NCBI GenBank assembly: GCA_028714635.1
Contig: JAQTLZ010000001.1
Coordinates: forward strand, 15,650 to 79,649
Direction: 5' to 3'
DNA: 64,000 bases
Source of the DNA: Minisyncoccota bacterium
Lineage (GTDB): Bacteria > Patescibacteriota > Minisyncoccia > Phycocordibacterales > JAQTLZ01
Shown here: one piece after another, positions 58,052 to 64,000 of the stretch
How the letters are laid out: each line of letters starts with the position of its first letter
Numbering within the stretch: the first letter of the stretch is position 1
Program-made: the position numbers and the translations under genes
Notes under the pieces: generated by a model
The model's input: only the letters and a program-made list of their open reading frames with translations
The model's database searches: none
What the model was told of the DNA's origin: nothing

Positions 58052-58135
58052 AACCTCCCTTCAAAAGTGATAAACCTCGCTTCAGAAATGATAAACCTAA
58101 TAAGAGAATTAAGTAGAGAATGAAGATGAGAAAGG
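58052..58135. repeat. Repeat R1b: degenerate copy of the wHTH gene 3' end with two tandem 21-bp units
   Basis: ~90% identical by eye to 30654-30738; reads ...PPFKSDKPRFRNDKPNKRIK* in one frame. Confidence 0.7.
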
Positions 58136-58408
58136 AAATGAATTTGCAAACTTGGAAAGATTTGTTGGAGTCGCCCGCAGACGCCAGACATATTGACGAA
58201 CGTGTCCTGCGATTGTGTGCTGTCACTTTGTCTCTTGCCAAAAACTAAGACCAAGTAAATAATTCCAGCAGAGATAAATGTTCGTTGAAAAAAGAATATT
58301 CGCTCGTCTGCAAAGGTCACAATAAGAATTGCGAATTTTGTAGACAAGCGAGCGGAGGTAATTCAAACAACGCGGGATTTGTGTTAATCTAAAGCAATGG
58401 CAATATCA

Positions 58409-58477
58409 GCATGGCACCACAATGAAGTCGGGTATACGCACTCTCTTATTTGGCATGTGCTTGAGATGGGGAAGTAA
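58409..58477 (+). pseudogene. Displaced remnant of the gap 3' end (23 codons) at the right attachment site
   Basis: Translates to AWHHNEVGYTHSLIWHVLEMGK*, versus AWYDNEMGYTHTLVEHVVLAGK in the intact gene; shared GGGTATACGCA core. Confidence 0.6.
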
Positions 58478-58482
58478 ATTTT

Positions 58483-59355
58483 ATGCAGAGATATATTTTT
58501 CTTTTATTTTTCGCTCTATCCGCTTGTATTTTCTTACCAAAGATTGTAAACGCGGATATGTTTCCTATGCCTCCAGGAACACAAACTGTTTATGTCACAT
58601 ATGGTCAGAAAGCCATTCCCGATCAGAAATTTCATGAGGAAGTATTACTTTGCGGTAATTTTAAACAGTCATACAACGAGAAATCGTATCAGATTTTATA
58701 TTTTGCAAAGCCAATCCCCCAGTTATTGAATATCTCACAATTTGACTCTGCAAGGAAGTGCTCTTGGGAGCCTTATTATCCAATGAGACTTTGCTCAAAT
58801 AGTAAATGTGGGATGGAAAGTTTCGGCTATCCTAGCGAATTCAAATTAGCTATTTTTATTCCCAGTCTTAATAAGGTCTTTATTACGAATGAAATCTTAA
58901 GGTCAAATTTCAATGCTGATTATAAGGCTGAATTATACACGGATGGCTCAGCTAAGCTTACTGATACAACATTCTTTTTCGAAAGAGATCAGGTATCGTC
59001 ATTCACTCTGGCATTTCTTATAACGATAGCTTTGGAGTTACTGACCACGTGGTTGCTTATTTCCAGATGGCAGAAACCAAAAAAAATCCTCCTTATTGTT
59101 CTTTTCGCAAACATAATATCTTTACCTTTCGTCTGGTTTTTCTTTCCTTTACTAGCATCAATACTGGGTTTTATGAGTATACTAATCTCAGAAATTTTTG
59201 CAGTATTTTTTGAAGCATATTTTATCTATTTTGTCGGAAGAAAGACACTGACTCTAGGACAATCAATGAGGTTGAGCTTAATAAACAATCTTGTAAGCGT
59301 AATTATAGGTATGCCTATTTTTCTAATCCTGACTCTTTTTACTTATATTTTTTAG
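58483..59355 (+). CDS. Hypothetical secreted/membrane protein
   Basis: Signal peptide and C-terminal TM helices; Cys-rich middle region. Confidence 0.4.
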   Translation: MQRYIFLLFFALSACIFLPKIVNADMFPMPPGTQTVYVTYGQKAIPDQKFHEEVLLCGNFKQSYNEKSYQILYFAKPIPQLLNISQFDSARKCSWEPYYPMRLCSNSKCGMESFGYPSEFKLAIFIPSLNKVFITNEILRSNFNADYKAELYTDGSAKLTDTTFFFERDQVSSFTLAFLITIALELLTTWLLISRWQKPKKILLIVLFANIISLPFVWFFFPLLASILGFMSILISEIFAVFFEAYFIYFVGRKTLTLGQSMRLSLINNLVSVIIGMPIFLILTLFTYIF

Positions 59356-59364
59356 TTTTTAAAA

Positions 59365-59814
59365 ATGAAAATCTACATTGGTTCCGATCATGCAGGGTTT
59401 GAATTAAAAAATACGCTTATTCCCTTTGTAGAAAAATTAGGCTATGAAGTGATTGATTGCGGGGCGAAGACACTGGATCTAAAAGATGATTTTCCTGATT
59501 ATATTTTGCCTGTCGCTAAGGCTGTCAGCGCAGATTTAAAAGATTCAAAAGGCATTGTTATTGGGGGTTCTGGTGAAGGCGAAGCTATTGTTGCAAATAA
59601 AATCGGGGGCATCAGAGCCGCGGAATATTACGGCGGGAATTTGGAAATTGTAAAACTTTCACGCGAGCATAATGATGCAAATATTTTCTCCCTCGGTGCA
59701 CGATTTATTAGTGAGAAAGACGCAAAAGAAGCAGTGAAGCTCTGGCTCTCAACTCCATTTTCCGGAGACGCTCGACATGTGCGTAGAATTAAGGAAATTG
59801 ACGACCAAACATGA
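59365..59814 (+). CDS. rpiB: Ribose-5-phosphate isomerase B
   Basis: MKIYIGSDHAGFELKN...GIVIGGSGEGEAI RpiB/LacAB signature. Confidence 0.8.
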   Translation: MKIYIGSDHAGFELKNTLIPFVEKLGYEVIDCGAKTLDLKDDFPDYILPVAKAVSADLKDSKGIVIGGSGEGEAIVANKIGGIRAAEYYGGNLEIVKLSREHNDANIFSLGARFISEKDAKEAVKLWLSTPFSGDARHVRRIKEIDDQT

Positions 59815-60527
59815 CTGAAATAATTCCCGCAGTTTTAGCAAAAGACTACGTGTCTCTTTCCGAGACGCTTTCTCGATTGGCTGGAATTACATCTCTCGCA
59901 CAAATAGATATTTGCGATGGGAAATTTGTACCATCATCTACTTGGCCATACGGAAAGGAAGACATGCATTTCAAAGCGATGCTCGAAGAGAAAGAGGGAA
60001 TGCCGAACTGGGAAGAAATGGATTTTGAATTTGATCTTATGATCGAGAATCCGGAAGAAAGAATTGATGACTTTGTGCAGATAGGTGCCGCGCGAATTGT
60101 GGTGCACATTGAAAGTACGAAAGATTTCGGTGCGATCTTAAAAAAATTTGATGAAAAGTATGGCAGAAGCAGTGAATTTTCTGTCGCGCCAGAGCTTGGC
60201 ATTGCACTGAACGTCTCTACTCCAAACGAAGCAATCGAGCCATTTGTAGATAGCGTTGATTTTGTTCAGTTTATGGGAATCCGAAAAGTGGGCTATCAAG
60301 GCCAGTCTTTTGATGAACGAGTGCTCGAAAAGATATCAACATTAAGAAAAAGCCACGAGGACGTTATAATAAGTGTTGACGGGGGTGTCAATTTAACAAC
60401 CGCACAGGCACTTGTAAAAGCCGGAGCAGACAGACTTATAGCCGGTTCGGTTATTTTGAATAGCGAAAATCCCGCCGAAATAATCCGAGAGCTGAAAAAA
60501 TTAGCTCACGATGCAAAAAATGTCTGA
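59811..60527 (+). CDS. Ribulose-phosphate 3-epimerase-like protein
   Basis: TIM-barrel Rpe-like pattern (IDICDGKFVP...HIE...VDGG). Confidence 0.55.
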   Translation: MTEIIPAVLAKDYVSLSETLSRLAGITSLAQIDICDGKFVPSSTWPYGKEDMHFKAMLEEKEGMPNWEEMDFEFDLMIENPEERIDDFVQIGAARIVVHIESTKDFGAILKKFDEKYGRSSEFSVAPELGIALNVSTPNEAIEPFVDSVDFVQFMGIRKVGYQGQSFDERVLEKISTLRKSHEDVIISVDGGVNLTTAQALVKAGADRLIAGSVILNSENPAEIIRELKKLAHDAKNV

Positions 60528-60627
60528 TCTTTCTGACCAAAAAGTAAAAGAGCTCGAGCTTCAGGCGAATTCCCCCGGTACCACAGCAAAGCTGGCTACG
60601 GGGCGAGAGGTGGTAATATAAATTTCT

Positions 60628-61497
60628 ATGAGTACTTTAACTGACAGCAGAATAAAGGAGTTAGAGTTGCAAGCTAACCTCATTCGCATAAGTATTATTG
60701 AAATGCTTGTTGAAGCGGGGAGCGGGCATACTGCAGGGCCGCTTGGCATGGCAGATATTTTTACCGCTTTATATTTTCATATTCTTAAACATGATCCGAA
60801 AAAACCGGATTGGGCAGAACGCGACCGGCTTGTGCTCTCAAACGGTCACATTTGCCCAGTCTACTATTCGACACTCGCTCATGCCGGATATTTTCCAGTC
60901 AAAGAGCTCCTCACACTTCGCAAATTTGGAACGCGACTTCAAGGTCATCCACATCGGGAATATCTGCCGATTGTCGAGACAAGCTCTGGCCCGCTCGGCG
61001 CTGGGTTATCGCAAGCTGTTGGTATGGCTCTCGCAGATAGAATGGACAAAGGTGTCTCAGGCGACCGATTTATCTATGCATTAACATCCGACGGCGAGCA
61101 CGACGAAGGAAATACCTGGGAAGCGGTGCTTATGGCTGGCAAAGAAAAGCTCCACAATCTCATCGCCATAATGGACAGAAACAATATCCAGATCGACGGC
61201 TTTACCGAGGACATCATGCCGCTTGAAAGCGTGCGGGCGAAATACGAAGCGTTCAACTGGCACGTCATCGAAATTGACGGGCACGATATGCGAGAAATTG
61301 TGGATGCGGTGGAACAAGCAAAAGCGATCTTTGAGAAACCAAAGATGATCATTGCTCACACGATTCCCGGAAAAGGCGTTAAAGAATTCGAGCGAAAATA
61401 CGAATGGCACGGCAAACCGCCGAATAAAGAGGAGGCTGCGATGGCTTTGAAGGAATTACGAACGTTGGGAGGGAAAATTAAGAGTGAGCATGAATAA
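60628..61497 (+). CDS. Transketolase, N-terminal subunit
   Basis: EAGSGHTAGPLGMADIFTALYF...DRLVLSNGH TPP-binding region. Confidence 0.8.
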   Translation: MSTLTDSRIKELELQANLIRISIIEMLVEAGSGHTAGPLGMADIFTALYFHILKHDPKKPDWAERDRLVLSNGHICPVYYSTLAHAGYFPVKELLTLRKFGTRLQGHPHREYLPIVETSSGPLGAGLSQAVGMALADRMDKGVSGDRFIYALTSDGEHDEGNTWEAVLMAGKEKLHNLIAIMDRNNIQIDGFTEDIMPLESVRAKYEAFNWHVIEIDGHDMREIVDAVEQAKAIFEKPKMIIAHTIPGKGVKEFERKYEWHGKPPNKEEAAMALKELRTLGGKIKSEHE

Positions 61498-61520
61498 AAT
61501 TATTATTTTATAGATTAAAA

Positions 61521-61892
61521 ATGGCAATACCAATAAATCGTCAATTTTTGAAAGGATTGCGAGGGTTATTGATGGCAGTAAATATAGTTGCTCTGCTTAT
61601 TGTAGCGCCATTTTTGCTACTCATTCTTTTTAGGGTGGATCTCCTTTCTTCTGATTCGTCTTCATTCGTATTTTATGAAAAAATCGTAGCACTCCTCTTG
61701 ATTCTTTGTTCTTTTGGCGACTTGATTTTGGTTCCACTTTTTTTGTTTTTACGAGGTCGGGGGAGATTGCAAGGTGTTGTGCTAGAACCTGCTCAAAAAT
61801 CCATGATTATTTTAAAAGGATTGTTTTTGATTTATTTCTTATCTTTTTTCTTGGGCGTGTTTATCTTACTTTCAACTGGTTTTCATCATTGA
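61521..61892 (+). CDS. Hypothetical membrane protein
   Basis: 123 aa with three TM helices, between the split tkt halves. Confidence 0.3.
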   Translation: MAIPINRQFLKGLRGLLMAVNIVALLIVAPFLLLILFRVDLLSSDSSSFVFYEKIVALLLILCSFGDLILVPLFLFLRGRGRLQGVVLEPAQKSMIILKGLFLIYFLSFFLGVFILLSTGFHH

Positions 61893-61896
61893 TTAA

Positions 61897-62892
61897 ATGT
61901 TAAACCAAACTGCAAAACTAAATAGTAAAATATTCGATAAAGATGTCGAGCAAGCTCCAATACGCAAGGGGTTCGGAGAGGGTTTGCTTATTGCTGGAAA
62001 AGCGGATGAGCAAGTTGTTGCGCTTTGCGCTGACCTTACCGAATCCACCAAGATGGATCTCTTTGCCAAGGAATTTCCAAAGCGATTTATCGAAGTTGGG
62101 GTAGCGGAGCAGAATTTGGTGACTGTAGCATCAGGAATGGCAGCGATGGGAAAGATTCCATTTGTCAGCTCATACGCCATGTTTTCTCCGGGGCGAAATT
62201 GGGAACAGATCCGCACCACAATCACCTATAATGATCGACCGGTAAAAATCGTCGGTTCTCATGCGGGAATTTCTGTTGGTCCAGACGGTGGAACACATCA
62301 AGCCATCGAAGATATCGCTCTGATGCGCGTCATGCCCCGAATGGTAGTGCTTTCTCCGTGCGATGCTATTGAGGCCAAAAAAGCGACCATTGCGGCGGCA
62401 AAAAACGGCACGCCAGTCTATTTGCGGCTTGCTCGAGAAAAAACTCCGATCATCACAACCGAAGACACTCCGTTCGAAATAGGGAAGGCGCAAGTTTTCT
62501 TCGCTCCGGAGAAAAAAGCTCAAGTGGGGATTATTGCAACGGGTGCCCTTGTTGCCCGCGCACTTCGGGTTGCTCACACACTTTCCGATAAAGGAATTTC
62601 GGTCAAAGTAGTAAATCTCGCAACAATCAAGCCCCTCGATACTGAAGCAATTTTGAATTTAGCAAAAGAAACCGGTGCGATTGTAACTGTTGAAGAGCAT
62701 CAAATTGCCGGAGGAATGGGTTCGGCAGTAGCAGAATGTCTGGCAAAATGGCTTCCAACTCCGCAAGAATTTATCGGTGTTCACGACCAATTCGGCCAAT
62801 CAGGAACGATGGAGGAACTCATTAAACACTATGGGATGGACGAGGTCGCAATTGAGAACGCAGTTAAAGAAGTTCTCCAGAGAAAAAAATAA
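61897..62892 (+). CDS. Transketolase, C-terminal subunit
   Basis: Pyrimidine-binding and C-terminal domains (GMAAMGKIPFVSSYAMF, VEEHQIAGGMGSAV). Confidence 0.8.
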   Translation: MLNQTAKLNSKIFDKDVEQAPIRKGFGEGLLIAGKADEQVVALCADLTESTKMDLFAKEFPKRFIEVGVAEQNLVTVASGMAAMGKIPFVSSYAMFSPGRNWEQIRTTITYNDRPVKIVGSHAGISVGPDGGTHQAIEDIALMRVMPRMVVLSPCDAIEAKKATIAAAKNGTPVYLRLAREKTPIITTEDTPFEIGKAQVFFAPEKKAQVGIIATGALVARALRVAHTLSDKGISVKVVNLATIKPLDTEAILNLAKETGAIVTVEEHQIAGGMGSAVAECLAKWLPTPQEFIGVHDQFGQSGTMEELIKHYGMDEVAIENAVKEVLQRKK

Positions 62893-62899
62893 AATTATT

Positions 62900-63532
62900 A
62901 TGAAATATTTCAAAATAAAGAAGAGAGAAGTTGTCTTGATAGTATTAATCTTAGCTATTGTTTTTGGGGGAATAGTTGCATCGAAGTTTTCCCAGAAAAT
63001 AAACACGCATTCCCTCGCTTCAGGTGGATTTGATATTTTTGAATGGTTTAAAAATAGAACCAAGTCGCCCCCGAGACCTCCTGTGGCTGTAAGGAATCTG
63101 CTGGCGACAAAGCCTCGGAGTCTCACCTGCTATGCAAATCCGACAACCATAAAACCTGGAAATTCGTCCACTCTTGTAGCAGTCATTCAAGACGACAGTC
63201 TATTAAGTAAGGGACATATTTACGAATGGTATGACATTACCAACGGTTCTCGCTTAAATACAAGTTATTCAAGCACTAAATATGATGCGATACCGGTAAC
63301 ACCGAATAGACTTGGTGTAAATTATTACAAATTTACAATATTTGTTAATAATGCACCCAATGGGCCATCAGCTCTCGTTACGTCTTGCATGACGTCGGTA
63401 TTAGTGGAAGATTCTGATACTGTATCTTCAGGCGTTGTTAGGCCAACTCCGGAATCCCTAGACGGGAGCCTTAGATCCAATAGTGCTGGCTATTACGAAC
63501 TTCCAGTCTCCCAACAGCCGACAAACTACTGA
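62900..63532 (+). CDS. Hypothetical membrane-anchored protein
   Basis: Start taken at MKYFKIKK; N-terminal TM helix. Confidence 0.35.
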   Translation: MKYFKIKKREVVLIVLILAIVFGGIVASKFSQKINTHSLASGGFDIFEWFKNRTKSPPRPPVAVRNLLATKPRSLTCYANPTTIKPGNSSTLVAVIQDDSLLSKGHIYEWYDITNGSRLNTSYSSTKYDAIPVTPNRLGVNYYKFTIFVNNAPNGPSALVTSCMTSVLVEDSDTVSSGVVRPTPESLDGSLRSNSAGYYELPVSQQPTNY

Positions 63533-63536
63533 CACT

Positions 63537-64000
63537 TCATTTTTTAGGCGCATCTTTTAGTTCTCCGCTTCGGAAAAGCTGAATAAGTTCCATAAATGCT
63601 TTTACAATTACGCTTGGTTTTGCTCCACTCATTTTCCCCCGCATTCGCATTCTGTGGCTCACAGCCACTTCTTTTATTTTGTAACCTTTCTGTTTTAGTT
63701 TGATGAGAATTTCAGCGCTGATCATTGCTCCGTGGGAGGTGATTGTGATATCTTCGAGCGCCATTCGTCTGAAAAGTTTGAACGCGCAGTCGATATCCTT
63801 GACCTTGAGCCCAAACATTACTCGATTCAAGATATTCCATCCCTTCGCGTTCACTAGGCGCATAAAATGATCCATCCGCTTTTCTCGGTATCCGATCACC
63901 ACATCGTATGCGGGTATGAAAGGTATAAGCCTCTTTATTTCTTCCATATAAAATTGGAGATCTGCGTCCGTGAAAAATACATATTCGAGAGCTGATGACT
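63537..64000 (-). CDS. GT2-family glycosyltransferase (DPM1-like), 5'-partial; runs off the window end
   Basis: IDCAFKLFRR motif typical of dolichyl-phosphate-sugar-type GT2; the ORF continues past 64000. Confidence 0.55.
   Translation of the reverse strand, partial: SSALEYVFFTDADLQFYMEEIKRLIPFIPAYDVVIGYREKRMDHFMRLVNAKGWNILNRVMFGLKVKDIDCAFKLFRRMALEDITITSHGAMISAEILIKLKQKGYKIKEVAVSHRMRMRGKMSGAKPSVIVKAFMELIQLFRSGELKDAPKK

Larger units (their letters stand above)
29449..58477. mobile_element. Integrated mobile genetic element (~29 kb), a putative integrative and mobilisable element inserted at the 3' end of gap
   Basis: Abrupt rise in GC from ~29.5 kb; serine recombinases, primase, ArdC, replication-relaxation and MT-A70 genes; degenerate gap 3' remnant at 58409-58477 sharing the GGGTATACGCA core with 29450-29460. 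Confidence 0.75.

Noticed and set aside
29449-58477. Prophage interpretation of the high-GC insert
   Set aside because: No capsid, portal, terminase, tail or lysis genes are recognisable; the content (primase, ArdC, replication-relaxation, coupling-type ATPase, MT-A70) fits a plasmid-like integrative element better.
60571-60586. Cloning-vector contamination suggested by GAATTCCCCCGGTACC
   Set aside because: It is an isolated 16-mer inside diverged native-looking sequence with no other vector features; most likely coincidence.
1-64000. CRISPR arrays, rRNA and tRNA genes
   Set aside because: No regularly spaced direct repeats with unique spacers. No T-arm (GGTTCGAATCC-like) or anticodon-arm patterns in any intergenic region I inspected (12290-12710, 14431-14540, 18133-18290, 21921-21996, 22423-22508, 26471-26609, 28059-28474, 57010-57700, 58140-58480). 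No rRNA-like conserved blocks.

Overview
The window is 64 kb of a low-GC chromosome with small, tightly packed genes, carrying a ~29-kb insertion of visibly higher GC. The left ~29.4 kb holds a surface-glycan locus followed by housekeeping genes. The glycan locus contains a partial GT2 and other glycosyltransferases, LicD, a Wzx-like flippase, GDP-fucose genes gmd and fcl, and an O-antigen-ligase-like/TPR membrane protein. It also contains a phosphonate head-group module: a cytidylyltransferase-PEP mutase fusion, phosphonopyruvate decarboxylase and an Fe-ADH. The housekeeping genes are murB, secA, a DsbA/DsbB-like pair, a NUDIX hydrolase, obg, gatB and gap. From ~29.45 to ~58.48 kb the insertion behaves like an integrated mobile element sitting at the 3' end of gap. 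A degenerate copy of the last 23 gap codons lies at 58409-58477 and shares an 11-mer core, GGGTATACGCA, with the intact gene end. The element carries an MT-A70 adenine methyltransferase, a wHTH protein and a 1477-aa secreted HExxH metalloprotease with PKD/PPC/Big_2 repeats, flanked by ~93-bp direct repeats. It also carries a three-gene operon: an unknown protein, a TraD/VirD4/HerA-like P-loop ATPase with a C-terminal extra domain, and a serine-recombinase paralogue lacking the catalytic domain. Further cargo is a complete large serine recombinase, a CsoR/RcnR-like repressor, and two giant repeat surface proteins (1597 aa with Hep_Hag/YadA-head-like repeats; 1130 aa with PATR repeats). The remaining element genes are an ArdC-like antirestriction protein, a CHC2/Toprim primase, a replication-relaxation protein, a truncated paralogue of the ATPase, and a DUF5678 plus retropepsin-like protease pair. 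The right ~5.5 kb encodes pentose-phosphate genes (rpiB, an rpe-like gene and a split tkt). I found no rRNA, tRNA, CRISPR array or transposase. The host gene content (split transketolase, DUF5678/retropepsin pair, many glycan genes) may suggest a Patescibacteria/CPR-like or Gram-positive-like organism, but that is inference only. All GC statements are judged by eye, not computed.
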